48,162 nt of DNA. It comes from Daejeonella sp. (GTDB lineage: Bacteria; Bacteroidota; Bacteroidia; Sphingobacteriales; Sphingobacteriaceae). The notes beneath the pieces are model-generated. The model saw only the letters and a list, made by a program, of their open reading frames with translations, searched no databases and was not told the origin of the DNA. Below are positions 9,719 through 18,680 of this stretch, piece after piece (position 1 is the first letter of the stretch; each line of letters opens with the position of its first letter). A program made the position numbers and the translations under genes. Location of the stretch: contig NZ_JBIILQ010000001.1 of assembly GCF_044232565.1 (NCBI RefSeq), positions 1-48,162 on the forward strand, written 5' to 3'.

Positions 9719-10281
9719 GTTTTGAACGTTTTGTTTGATAATAAAATTTTACTCATCCCTAAACCAATACTACTTCCAAGTAGGCTTCCTGTTAAAATAT
9801 CAATTGGGTAATGCACTCCAACATAAATTTGTGCAAAACTAATGGATGCTGCCCAAAGCAATCCAATAGGTAAAATAATCTTCCATCTATGATAAAACAT
9901 CATAATTAAAAATACAGCTATTCCGAAATGATTTGTTGCATGTGAAGATGGAAAACTATATCCGGTGCCACAATCAACGATATTATTAACTTCGGAGTTT
10001 ATTTCTGGTTCATTGCATGGTCGCAATCTCTGAACACTTGGTTTGATTATTGTTGAGGAAAAAAAATCACAAATGCCAAAGGTCATAACTAAACCTAAGA
10101 GCAATATAATGCCCTGTTTTCCATAATTTTTGATCGAATACACAATAATGAATAGGTAGAGGAGAACCCAAGTATAGCGGTCTCTAAGAATCGGCATTAG
10201 CCAATCAAAAAAGCTGTTACTTAAGCCATGATTTATTGCAAAGAATAGATCCCGGTCAAATTGGATTAATTGATCAATCAT
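9700..10281 (-). CDS. PAP2 family membrane phosphatase (undecaprenyl-PP / lipid A phosphatase-like)
   Basis: KPSVQRLRP, SFPSSHA, AQIYVGVHYPID motifs. Confidence 0.88.
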   Translation of the reverse strand: MIDQLIQFDRDLFFAINHGLSNSFFDWLMPILRDRYTWVLLYLFIIVYSIKNYGKQGIILLLGLVMTFGICDFFSSTIIKPSVQRLRPCNEPEINSEVNNIVDCGTGYSFPSSHATNHFGIAVFLIMMFYHRWKIILPIGLLWAASISFAQIYVGVHYPIDILTGSLLGSSIGLGMSKILLSNKTFKTWKSGN

Positions 10282-11011
10282 TATTTTTTTTGCAAATAAA
10301 TATTAGGCGATCAGATTTTTCTTCATCGAATGGATTTAATGAATAATCGCCAAAATGGCTAAGAACTTCAAATCCACTTTTTAAAAACATCGCCTCAAAA
10401 TCATTTTTTTTGAAGGCTTTTACTTCCTCATTAAATGAAAAGCTTTTGTTTTTATGCTCAAAAGCTATATTTTTTATGATTTTTCCGTTTTCAACTTTCT
10501 TGCTTATATGAAAGTCAATACCGTCTACATGTATTACTTCTTGATGTGATAAATGGCGAATAATTTTTTCACTATTGAAATAATCGAGTACTAATATTCC
10601 TGTTTTTTTAAGCGATTTATTAAAAGCCCGTAATGCCTTTAAATGGTCTTTCTCTGTCTCGAAGTATCCAAAACTTGTAAAAAGGTTGAAAGCAATATCA
10701 AAATAGTTGATGTAAAAAGAATTCCTCATGTCATGAATGTAAAACTGAAGGCTCTCTTTTTCAAACTGTTGTGCAAATTTTATGTTTGTGTTCGATAAGT
10801 CAATTCCAGTAACATCATAGCCTTTTTTATTAAGGTAAACCGAATGCCTGCCTCGTCCACATGCGATATCAAGTAATTTTACTTCTGGCTTTGGTTTTAA
10901 AAATGCACATAAATTATCAATAAAAAATTCAGCCTCTTCATCATTTCGACGATGATATAAGATGTGATAATAGGGTGAATTAAACCAGTTTTGAAACCAT
11001 TTTTTTGGCAT
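10274..11011 (-). CDS. Class I SAM-dependent methyltransferase
   Basis: LLDIACGRGRH, GIDLS, HDMR, NLFTSFGYF. Confidence 0.88.
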   Translation of the reverse strand: MPKKWFQNWFNSPYYHILYHRRNDEEAEFFIDNLCAFLKPKPEVKLLDIACGRGRHSVYLNKKGYDVTGIDLSNTNIKFAQQFEKESLQFYIHDMRNSFYINYFDIAFNLFTSFGYFETEKDHLKALRAFNKSLKKTGILVLDYFNSEKIIRHLSHQEVIHVDGIDFHISKKVENGKIIKNIAFEHKNKSFSFNEEVKAFKKNDFEAMFLKSGFEVLSHFGDYSLNPFDEEKSDRLIFICKKNND

Positions 11012-11034
11012 ATGAAGCTTACAGAATTAGAATA

Positions 11035-11090
11035 CAAATATATACATTTACCTTTTTACAATAGTGTATTCAACGGATTTGTTATTTTTG
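11035..11090. promoter_or_regulatory. Divergent -7 promoter elements for the methyltransferase operon and glmM
   Basis: TATATTTG on - (11035-11042) and TATTTTTG on + (11083-11090), each about 17-23 nt upstream of its start codon. Confidence 0.55.
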
Positions 11091-11107
11091 TCTTTTAAAA
11101 TAAAAAT

Positions 11108-12499
11108 GTGGCTTTAATTAAATCAATTTCAGGAATCAGGGGTACAATCGGTGGACTAGCAGGCTATGGCTTAACACCTCCCGACATTATAAAATTTACT
11201 GCAGCCTATGGTCAGTGGGTTATTGAAAATACTGGAAAAAAGAAAATTGTGGTTGGTAGAGATGCCAGAATTTCTGGTGAAATGGTCAGGAACTTAGTCG
11301 TAGGGACGCTTCAAAGTATCGGTATTGATGTGGTAGACCTCGGACTTTCAACAACTCCAACTGTTGAGCTTGCTGTACCGGATGAAAATGCAGGAGGTGG
11401 TATAATTCTTACCGCGAGTCATAATCCCAAACAATGGAATGCTTTAAAACTGCTAAATGAGAAGGGAGAATTTATCTCTGACTCTGAAGGTCAATGGGTT
11501 TTAACGCAAGCTGAAAAGACTGATTTGGACTATTCTGATGTTGATAACCTAGGGTCTGTTGTTTATGATGATAGTTATTTGCAAAAGCATATTGATAAAG
11601 TATTGGCATTGCCTCTTGTAGATGTTAATGCTATCCGTAAAGCAAATTTTAAGGTTGTTATTGATTGTGTTAACTCTTCTGGTGGGATATTTATTCCAGC
11701 CCTGCTAAAAGCATTAGGAGTTGATACAATTCATGAACTTTATTGCGAACCCAATGGTGAATTTCCTCATAATCCGGAGCCATTGCCTGAGAATCTAGTT
11801 GATTTATCACGTGAAGTGCTTGCTAAAAAGGCTGATTTGGGTATTGCCGTTGATCCGGATGTGGATCGTTTATGTTTTGTTTGTGAGGATGGCTCTATGT
11901 TTGGTGAGGAGTATACGCTTGTTGCTGTTGCCGACTATGTACTGAGCCATACTCCGGGAAATACGGTATCGAACTTATCTTCAACACGTGCTTTAAGAGA
12001 TGTTACTGAAGCCGCCTCTTGCAAATATACAGCATCTGCTGTGGGTGAGGTTAATGTGGTAAATGCCATGAAAGAGACTAATGCTATAATTGGTGGTGAA
12101 GGAAATGGGGGCATTATTTATCCTAAATCACATTATGGACGTGATGCCTTGGTTGGAATTGCTTTGTTTTTAACCCACTTAGCTAATAAAGGTCAGGCTG
12201 TTTCTGCGTTAAGAGCCTCTTATCCGCAATATTTTATCTCGAAAAATAAAATTACGCTAACGCCCGAAATGGATATTGATTCGTTATTGTCTGAAGTTGA
12301 AAAGCGTTATCAAAATCAACCTCATAGCACCATCGATGGATTGAAAATTGAATTTGATAAGCAATGGGTACACTTACGAAGGTCTAATACAGAGCCAATT
12401 ATCAGAATCTATTCTGAAGCAAGTTCAGAAATTTTAGCTGATAATCTAGCTCAAAAAATAATATCAGATATTAAAGAAATATTAAGACTGACTGAATAG
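11108..12499 (+). CDS. glmM: Phosphoglucosamine mutase / phosphomannomutase family enzyme (GTG start)
   Basis: SISGIRG, TASHNP phospho-Ser motif, DPDVDR metal loop, GGEGNGG, RRSNTEP. Confidence 0.85.
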   Translation: MALIKSISGIRGTIGGLAGYGLTPPDIIKFTAAYGQWVIENTGKKKIVVGRDARISGEMVRNLVVGTLQSIGIDVVDLGLSTTPTVELAVPDENAGGGIILTASHNPKQWNALKLLNEKGEFISDSEGQWVLTQAEKTDLDYSDVDNLGSVVYDDSYLQKHIDKVLALPLVDVNAIRKANFKVVIDCVNSSGGIFIPALLKALGVDTIHELYCEPNGEFPHNPEPLPENLVDLSREVLAKKADLGIAVDPDVDRLCFVCEDGSMFGEEYTLVAVADYVLSHTPGNTVSNLSSTRALRDVTEAASCKYTASAVGEVNVVNAMKETNAIIGGEGNGGIIYPKSHYGRDALVGIALFLTHLANKGQAVSALRASYPQYFISKNKITLTPEMDIDSLLSEVEKRYQNQPHSTIDGLKIEFDKQWVHLRRSNTEPIIRIYSEASSEILADNLAQKIISDIKEILRLTE

Positions 12500-12516
12500 T
12501 CGCAAAATAATATCGC

Positions 12517-12524
12517 TAATTTTG
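12517..12524 (+). promoter_or_regulatory. -7 promoter element (TAATTTTG) of the cysteine desulfurase
   Basis: Matches TAnnTTTG in the glmM-desulfurase intergenic region. Confidence 0.5.
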
Positions 12525-12605
12525 CTGCGGTAAATACCTTAAATACTGTATGCTTTTTCACCAATAGCTAATTCAGATAATTATCCCTTATTAAAAATAA
12601 AAAAA

Positions 12606-13739
12606 ATGCGTGTATATCTAGATAATGCTGCAACAACACCACTTGATAAAGAAGTTTTGAATACAATGGTTGAGGTTATGGAAAGTCAATATGGTAATCC
12701 ATCCTCTATTCATGCACATGGAAGGGAGGTTCGGACTCTAATTGAAAAATCACGTAAAACTGTCGCAGCACTATTGCATGCATCTCCTTCCGAATTTTTC
12801 TTTACTTCGGGGGGGACGGAGGCAGATAATATGGCTATTCGTTGTGGAATTGTTGATTATGGAATAACACATGCCATTACCACTGCAATTGAACATCATG
12901 CAGTGCTTCACACCCTTCAGGCACTAGAAAAAAACGGTGTTATCAAACTTAGTTATGTGAACATAGATTCAAAAGGTTCTGTTGATTATAAGCATTTGGA
13001 AGAACTATTGCGGATTAATGAGCGCAGTTTTGTTTCTTTAATGCATGCAAATAATGAATTGGGAACACTTACTGATTTAGGGTTAGTTGGTGATTTATGC
13101 GAGCAATACAATGCTATTTTTCATTCCGATACGGTTCAAACGATGGGCCATTACCCACATGATTTAAGTAAGTTAAAAGTACATTTTTTGGTTTGTGCGG
13201 CCCATAAACTTCATGGCCCAAAAGGTGTTGGTTTTCTTTATATCAATCATGCAATCAAGATCAATCCGATGATTTTTGGAGGTTCACAAGAAAGAAATAT
13301 GCGCGGCGGGACTGAAAATGTATATGGTATTATTGGTTTAGGTAAAGCCTTAGAAATGGCCTATGAAAGGATGGATTCTCATCAAAAGCATATTCAAGGC
13401 TTGAAAACTTATATGAAGGAGCAGCTTATGGAACAGGTGCCTGGAATACAATTTAATGGCGAGACTGACCCAGAAAATAGCCTCTATACCGTATTAAATG
13501 TTTCTTTCCCTGAGATGGAAATGGCAGAAATGTTACTTTTTAGTTTAGATATTGCCGGAATATCAGCCTCAGGAGGAAGTGCATGTAGCTCCGGGACAAA
13601 TATAGGCTCACATGTTTTAAATGGCATACAAGCAAACCCCAATAGGCCTGCAGTTAGATTTTCTTTCAGTAAATTGAATACCAAAGAAGAAATTGATTAT
13701 GTAATCCAAAAGGTGAAGGAATTATTTCAAGTTTCCTAA
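12606..13739 (+). CDS. iscS: Group I cysteine desulfurase (IscS/NifS-like)
   Basis: YLDNAATT, GNPSS, FTSGGTE, HSDTVQ, AHKLHGPKG (PLP Lys), SGGSACSS (catalytic Cys). Confidence 0.88.
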   Translation: MRVYLDNAATTPLDKEVLNTMVEVMESQYGNPSSIHAHGREVRTLIEKSRKTVAALLHASPSEFFFTSGGTEADNMAIRCGIVDYGITHAITTAIEHHAVLHTLQALEKNGVIKLSYVNIDSKGSVDYKHLEELLRINERSFVSLMHANNELGTLTDLGLVGDLCEQYNAIFHSDTVQTMGHYPHDLSKLKVHFLVCAAHKLHGPKGVGFLYINHAIKINPMIFGGSQERNMRGGTENVYGIIGLGKALEMAYERMDSHQKHIQGLKTYMKEQLMEQVPGIQFNGETDPENSLYTVLNVSFPEMEMAEMLLFSLDIAGISASGGSACSSGTNIGSHVLNGIQANPNRPAVRFSFSKLNTKEEIDYVIQKVKELFQVS

Positions 13740-13829
13740 AAAGATTTCAGAAATTCTGCTTGTAGATTTTTCTTTTCATTGTCCTAGGTATTTCGTAAAT
13801 TAATACCAGTCTAAGAATAGGAGGGAGTC

Positions 13830-14012
13830 ATGGCTAAAAAACATGTTTTAAAGTCTGAAAAGAAAGATGTTACCAAAGATGAACAGAAAGAAAAAATCAT
13901 CTATAAACATCATTATCATGGTCTGCGTTCTGGGTTTAGCTTTACTCATCATTCCCATGGTCGAGTTAATAATCACTCGATAGGGTTTAATCATGAACCA
14001 GGTACTTTGTAA
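13830..14012 (+). CDS. Small basic His-rich hypothetical protein (60 aa)
   Basis: Fills the intergenic gap, has AGGAGG 5 nt before the ATG, and is followed directly by a terminator. No family recognised. Confidence 0.65.
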   Translation: MAKKHVLKSEKKDVTKDEQKEKIIYKHHYHGLRSGFSFTHHSHGRVNNHSIGFNHEPGTL

Positions 14013-14015
14013 TTT

Positions 14016-14042
14016 AAAATCCCGTTTAACGGGATTTTTTTT
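14016..14042 (+). terminator. Intrinsic terminator after the 60-aa ORF
   Basis: AAAATCCCGT-TTA-ACGGGATTTT continuing into a T8 run. Confidence 0.8.
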
Positions 14043-14066
14043 ATATTTAGTAGAAAATTATATACA

Positions 14067-14963
14067 ATGAAACGTAGAAAATTCATACAAAATACAGGGC
14101 TTTCCTTAGGTATGATTGCCTTAGCTTACAATAAATCTTTTGCAGATATTTTAACGCAGCAAAAATATCAATTTAAGCTATTGAGGAACAATGTCGGGAT
14201 ATTTACAGAGCAAGGTGGAACCATTGCCTGGCTATCAAATAGCGCCGGTATGGTGGTTGTGGATAGCCAATTTCAAAATCCTGCAATGAATTTAATTGCC
14301 GAATTAAAAAAAGCATCAGAAAAGCCGCTTCAGTATTTAATTAATACTCATCATCATGGAGATCATACCGGTGGAAATATCGCTTTTAAAGGCTTTGCCG
14401 AAAAAATAGTTGGACATGTTAATTGCCTTGAAAACCATCAAAAAACTGCTGCTGCACAGAAGTCGGAGGATAAACAATTGTTTGCTGACACCGTTTTTAA
14501 AGATCAATGGAAGGCAAAAGTAGGCGCTGAACAAATACAGGCAAATTATTTGGGTGCAGCTCATACCAATGGTGATATAATTGTTCATTTTGAGAATGCA
14601 AATATTGCACACATGGGTGATTTGGTGTTTAATAGACGGTATCCTTTTATTGATAAGAATGCGGGAGCAAATATTCAAAGTTGGACCGAAGTGCTGGAGA
14701 AAGCAATCGCTAAATACGATAATGATACGCTGTTTATTTTTGGTCACTCATTGGATCCTGAAAAAGTTACTGGCAATAAAGAGGATTTAAAGGCTATGCA
14801 GAATTATCTTGAAAAGCTTCTGCTTTTTGTGAAGGCGGAGATCAAGGCAGGTAAAACGAAAGAAGAAATATTGAAAGCTGAGCGTATTCCAGGTGCAGAA
14901 GAATATCAGGGGCAAGGCATTGAAAGGAGTTTAACGGCAGCTTTACAGGAGTTGACCAAATAA
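14067..14963 (+). CDS. Tat-exported MBL-fold metallohydrolase (cyclase/glyoxalase II-like)
   Basis: Twin-Arg MKRRKFI signal; THHHGDHTGGN, AHTNGD, HMGD and FGH motifs. Confidence 0.85.
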   Translation: MKRRKFIQNTGLSLGMIALAYNKSFADILTQQKYQFKLLRNNVGIFTEQGGTIAWLSNSAGMVVVDSQFQNPAMNLIAELKKASEKPLQYLINTHHHGDHTGGNIAFKGFAEKIVGHVNCLENHQKTAAAQKSEDKQLFADTVFKDQWKAKVGAEQIQANYLGAAHTNGDIIVHFENANIAHMGDLVFNRRYPFIDKNAGANIQSWTEVLEKAIAKYDNDTLFIFGHSLDPEKVTGNKEDLKAMQNYLEKLLLFVKAEIKAGKTKEEILKAERIPGAEEYQGQGIERSLTAALQELTK

Positions 14964-14985
14964 GTTTACGGTTTTTTTTCAATTT

Positions 14986-15019
14986 TTCAGGAGTGATAAT
15001 TCATTTTATCACTCCTGAA
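14986..15019. terminator. 14-bp perfect inverted repeat between convergent MBL gene and accD
   Basis: TTCAGGAGTGATAA-TTCATT-TTATCACTCCTGAA; no good U-tract on either strand. Confidence 0.55.
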
Positions 15020-15024
15020 TCTTA

Positions 15025-15867
15025 TTAAGATATCATTTTTAGGAATGATCCTAGTTTTTCTTTCATCTGACGCCTGTCGACAATAAAATCTAGAAATCCA
15101 TGTTCCAATACGAATTCTGAAGTTTGGAAACCTTTTGGTAGATCTCTTTTGATTGTTTCTTTTATAACCCTAGGGCCTGCAAATCCGATTAGTGAACCCG
15201 GTTCTGATATATTTATATCACCTAGCATCGCATAGGAGGCAGTTACGCCGCCTGTTGTAGGGTCGGTAAGCAATGAGATGTATGGGATTTTTGCTCTGCT
15301 TAAAAGGGCTAATTTTGCGGATGTTTTGGCCATTTGCATTAGTGAAAAGGCTGCTTCCATCATTCTGGCACCTCCTGATTTGGAAATCATCATGAACGGG
15401 ATTTTGTGCTCGATGCTATAATCTATGGAGCGAGCAATTTTTTCACCAACTACAGATCCCATTGAGCCCCCAATAAAATTAAAATCCATACAAGCAATTA
15501 CCAGGTCTTGGCCTGCTAGTTTTCCTGTTCCAGAACGAATGGCATCATTTAGTCCCGTTTTTACATAACTTTCTTCTAGGCGCTCAGTATATTTTTTGGA
15601 ATCCGTAAAATTCAAAGGATCTCCTGAACGTAGATTTGCAAAAAGTTCGGTAAACTCATTTTTATCGAAAAGAATTTCAAAATATTCTTTAGACCCAATT
15701 CGTAAATGATAAGCACAATATTGACAAACGTATTTATTTTCTACTTGCTCTGCGTAATGCAAAGGTTTTTTACAGGACGGGCACTTATTCCACATCCCAT
15801 CAGGTGTTTCTTTTTTCTCCTCAGTGGAAGTAATAATCCCCTTATTTTCTCTCTTAAACCAGGCCAT
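15025..15867 (-). CDS. accD: Acetyl-CoA carboxylase carboxyltransferase beta subunit
   Basis: WNKCPSC...CQYC zinc finger, [31 protein letters not shown]. Likely start ATG 15867 (MAWFKR). Confidence 0.95.
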   Translation of the reverse strand: MAWFKRENKGIITSTEEKKETPDGMWNKCPSCKKPLHYAEQVENKYVCQYCAYHLRIGSKEYFEILFDKNEFTELFANLRSGDPLNFTDSKKYTERLEESYVKTGLNDAIRSGTGKLAGQDLVIACMDFNFIGGSMGSVVGEKIARSIDYSIEHKIPFMMISKSGGARMMEAAFSLMQMAKTSAKLALLSRAKIPYISLLTDPTTGGVTASYAMLGDINISEPGSLIGFAGPRVIKETIKRDLPKGFQTSEFVLEHGFLDFIVDRRQMKEKLGSFLKMIS

Positions 15868-15949
15868 TTTGGATATTTGTATAACGTACAAAGAAACAAA
15901 AAAAATAAGAAAGCAATGCTTTCACCTGAATATTGAATTATATTATACG

Positions 15950-15969
15950 ATTTGTAGGCATTTGTAGGC
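15950..15969. repeat. Perfect 10-bp tandem direct repeat ATTTGTAGGC x2
   Basis: Read directly at 15950-15959 and 15960-15969, in the accD/fbaA divergent promoter region. Confidence 0.8.
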
Positions 15970-16033
15970 TTTTAAAATTGAAATTAAGGCATTTTTTCTT
16001 AAATTAGAGGCTGTTAAACAAATTGAAAATAAA

Positions 16034-17113
16034 ATGAATTTAAAAGGATTTAAAGGTGTTTTGCATGGTGATGCAGTTCAGGAATTATTTGAAATAGCCA
16101 AAAAACATCAGTTTGCATTGCCTGCAGTCAATGTAATTGGAACAAACTCAATCAATGCAGTGATGGAAACAGCTAAATCTGTTAATTCTCCTGTAATCAT
16201 TCAGTTATCAAATGGTGGAGCTCAGTTTTACGCCGGTAAATCCTTAAATAACGATAATTTAAATGCTTGCATTCTTGGCGGAGTGTCAGCAGCACAGCAT
16301 GTTCATCTTCTTGCTGAACATTATGGTGTGGCGGTTATCTTGCATACAGATCATGCTGCGAAAAAGCTTTTACCTTGGATTGACGGATTGCTAGATCATG
16401 GCGAAAAATTCTTCGCTCTTCATGGCAAGCCTCTTTTTTCTTCGCACATGATTGATCTATCGGAAGAATCCATTGAAGAAAATATTGAGATTAGTAAAAA
16501 ATACCTAGAACGCATGAAAAAGATGGGCATGACTCTTGAAATTGAGTTAGGCGTTACTGGGGGTGAAGAAGATGGCGTTGATAATACAGATGTAGATAGC
16601 TCAAAATTATATACTCAGCCTTCAGAGGTTGCTTATGCGTACAAAGAATTAAGTAAGGTAAGTGAGAAATTTACCATTGCCGCTGCATTTGGTAATGTGC
16701 ATGGGGTTTATAAGCCTGGTAATGTGAAATTACAACCGATTATTCTTAAAAACTCACAGGACTTTATTCGTAAGGAATTTAATCTTAGCCCTGAAAAACC
16801 AATAAATTTTGTATTTCATGGTGGTTCCGGTTCTTCAAAAGAAGAAATTAGAGAAGCCCTTTCTTATGGAGCAATCAAAATGAATATTGATACTGACATG
16901 CAATGGGCTTTCTGGGAAGGTATCAAAGATTATTATAAGTCTAAAGAACTTTTTCTTCAAAGCCAAATTGGAAGTCCCGATGGCGAAGATTCACCCAATA
17001 AAAAATACTATGATCCACGCGTTTGGTTACGTAAGGGTGAAGAAACATTTGTTAAGCGATTGGCGCAAGCATTTGATGATCTTAATTGCTTGAATGTAAA
17101 CGATAAACTTTAA
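16034..17113 (+). CDS. fbaA: Class II fructose-bisphosphate aldolase
   Basis: FALPAVN, LHTDH, FSSHMIDLS, EIELGVTGGEEDG, FGNVHGVY, FHGGSGS, PNKKYYDPR. Confidence 0.96.
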   Translation: MNLKGFKGVLHGDAVQELFEIAKKHQFALPAVNVIGTNSINAVMETAKSVNSPVIIQLSNGGAQFYAGKSLNNDNLNACILGGVSAAQHVHLLAEHYGVAVILHTDHAAKKLLPWIDGLLDHGEKFFALHGKPLFSSHMIDLSEESIEENIEISKKYLERMKKMGMTLEIELGVTGGEEDGVDNTDVDSSKLYTQPSEVAYAYKELSKVSEKFTIAAAFGNVHGVYKPGNVKLQPIILKNSQDFIRKEFNLSPEKPINFVFHGGSGSSKEEIREALSYGAIKMNIDTDMQWAFWEGIKDYYKSKELFLQSQIGSPDGEDSPNKKYYDPRVWLRKGEETFVKRLAQAFDDLNCLNVNDKL

Positions 17114-17120
17114 TACTTCT

Positions 17121-17163
17121 ATTTTATTAAAAAAGGGCCTAAATGGCCCTTTTTTAATAAAAT
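17121..17163 (+). terminator. Intrinsic terminator after fbaA (symmetric, possibly bidirectional)
   Basis: 19-bp perfect inverted repeat ATTTTATTAAAAAAGGGCC-TAAAT-GGCCCTTTTTTAATAAAAT. Confidence 0.88.
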
Positions 17164-17211
17164 TTAGAGTTTACACATAAATGATTACCACAAATAATAT
17201 TTTTTTTCAAT

Positions 17212-17643
17212 ATGAATCATTCAATTGAAGTTAAAAAAGTTAGTAATAATGAAGAACTGGAACAGGTTTTCGCTATCCGCCGAATCGTGTTTGTTGAAGA
17301 GCAAAATTGCCCCCCAGAACTTGAATGGGAATATGAAGAGGAGTCTATCCACTTTATTGGGACTGCCAACGGTATTCCTGCAGGTGCATCAAGATGGCGT
17401 AAAACTGAGAAGGGATATAAATTAGAGCGTTTTGCAGTTTTAAAGGAGTACAGGGGGATAGGTTTGGGGCAAGCACTCGTTGAAACAGTAATCAAAGATC
17501 TTCCAGAAGATGCGTCTTATGTTTATCTTCATGCGCAACTAACAGCAATGCCTCTGTATGCTAAATTTGGATTTGAAAAGTCGGGCGATCAATTTGAAGA
17601 AGCTGGAATACAGCATTTTAAAATGGTTTTGAATCCACTGTAA
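17212..17643 (+). CDS. GNAT family N-acetyltransferase (ElaA/YjcF-like)
   Basis: IRRIVFVEEQ, KLERFAVLKEYRGIGLG, YLHAQ, YAKFGF, FEEAGIQH. Confidence 0.9.
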   Translation: MNHSIEVKKVSNNEELEQVFAIRRIVFVEEQNCPPELEWEYEEESIHFIGTANGIPAGASRWRKTEKGYKLERFAVLKEYRGIGLGQALVETVIKDLPEDASYVYLHAQLTAMPLYAKFGFEKSGDQFEEAGIQHFKMVLNPL

Positions 17644-17648
17644 GTAAT

Positions 17649-17788
17649 ATTGGTTATCGGTTAACAGTTAACAATTATCGGTTCTCAGACCTCAGACCTC
17701 AGTTGTCAGTTGTCCGACCTCATACCTCATACCTCCGTCCTCATACCTCCGTCCTCAGACCTCCGACCTCATACCTCCGACCTCCGAC
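17649..17788. repeat. Degenerate heptamer tandem array, 20 in-phase units
   Basis: attggtt atcggtt aacagtt aacaatt atcggtt ctcagac ctcagac ctcagtt gtcagtt gtccgac ctcatac ctcatac ctccgtc ctcatac ctccgtc ctcagac ctccgac ctcatac ctccgac ctccgac. Confidence 0.92.
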
Positions 17789-17793
17789 AACAA

Positions 17794-18675
17794 CTAACCA
17801 AACACCCTTCCCGAATACCTCATCGCCTCATTCCATTTTTCCATATCTAGGCCTAGGACTTCTCCCTTTGCTTCCAGGAATGAAATAAGGCTCTCTGTTG
17901 CGATATTTCCTGTGAGACCATCTTCTGCCATTGGGCAACCTCCGAATCCTCTGAGGGCGCTATCGAAGCGTCTGCATCCGCTATTCCAGCTTGCCTCTAT
18001 TTTTTCGAGCCAATTAGTAGGATTACTATGTAAGTGTACTCCAAATTCAACATTCGGAAAGGTCTTTACAAGGTGAGGGAAGAGGTAATTAATTTTCTCC
18101 GGATTTGATACGCCCGTTGTATCTGCCAGGGATAAGATTTTAGCACCTCGCTTGGTAAGTTCGCTTGCCCAATGCGCAACAATTTCATCGCTCCATTCAT
18201 CACCGTAAGGATTTCCGAATCCCATAGATAAATAAATAACAGCCTCCTTATTTGTTTTGCTGCATTGGTTTATTAATTCTTCAACCGTAAGCAATGATTT
18301 TTCAATTCCTGAATTTGTATTTTTTTGTTGAAAAGTTTCAGAAACAGAAAAAGGAAAGCCTAGATAGTTTATTTGTGGGTGTTTTATAGCTTCAGTAATG
18401 CCTTTATTATTGGCAACAATGGCTAATAATTTTGTGCCATTCTCTTTAAGGTCCAGTTTATCAAGTACTTCAGCTGTATCTCTGAGCTGTGGAATAGCTT
18501 TTGGCGAAACAAAACTTCCAAAATCAAGAGTGTCAAAGCCAACTTGCAGTAAGAGATTAATGTATTCTGCTTTAATTTCAGTTGGGATAAATGCGTGCAG
18601 CCCCTGCATCGCATCTCTAGGGCATTCAATTAATTTTGTCATCTGCTTATCAATTTCATTTATGATTTCAATCAT
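17794..18675 (-). CDS. Hydroxymethylglutaryl-CoA lyase
   Basis: ECPRDAMQG, GSFVSPKAIPQ, LADTTG, GVHLH, GFGGCP, GNIATE. The start may be ATG 18642 (MTKLIEC). Confidence 0.9.
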   Translation of the reverse strand: MIEIINEIDKQMTKLIECPRDAMQGLHAFIPTEIKAEYINLLLQVGFDTLDFGSFVSPKAIPQLRDTAEVLDKLDLKENGTKLLAIVANNKGITEAIKHPQINYLGFPFSVSETFQQKNTNSGIEKSLLTVEELINQCSKTNKEAVIYLSMGFGNPYGDEWSDEIVAHWASELTKRGAKILSLADTTGVSNPEKINYLFPHLVKTFPNVEFGVHLHSNPTNWLEKIEASWNSGCRRFDSALRGFGGCPMAEDGLTGNIATESLISFLEAKGEVLGLDMEKWNEAMRYSGRVFG

Positions 18676-18680
18676 TATTG

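Noticed and set aside
14067-14963. Exported MBL-fold protein as a metallo-beta-lactamase resistance gene
   Set aside because: It has a bridging Asp (HMGD) where B1/B2 enzymes have Cys, and its motifs fit the cyclase/glyoxalase II-like group. Activity cannot be excluded without an assay.
14994-15011. TGATAAT...TTATCA as a Fur box
   Set aside because: The spacing does not fit the 7-1-7 Fur pattern, and the site lies between two gene 3' ends, not in a promoter.
17649-17788. Repeat array as a CRISPR array
   Set aside because: Units are 7 nt and contiguous, with no unique spacers, and there are no cas genes in the window.
17703-17888. 61-aa Pro/Thr/Ser-rich ORF on +
   Set aside because: It is the translation of the heptamer array (period-7 peptide) with a TTG start, and it runs antisense into the HMG-CoA lyase gene.
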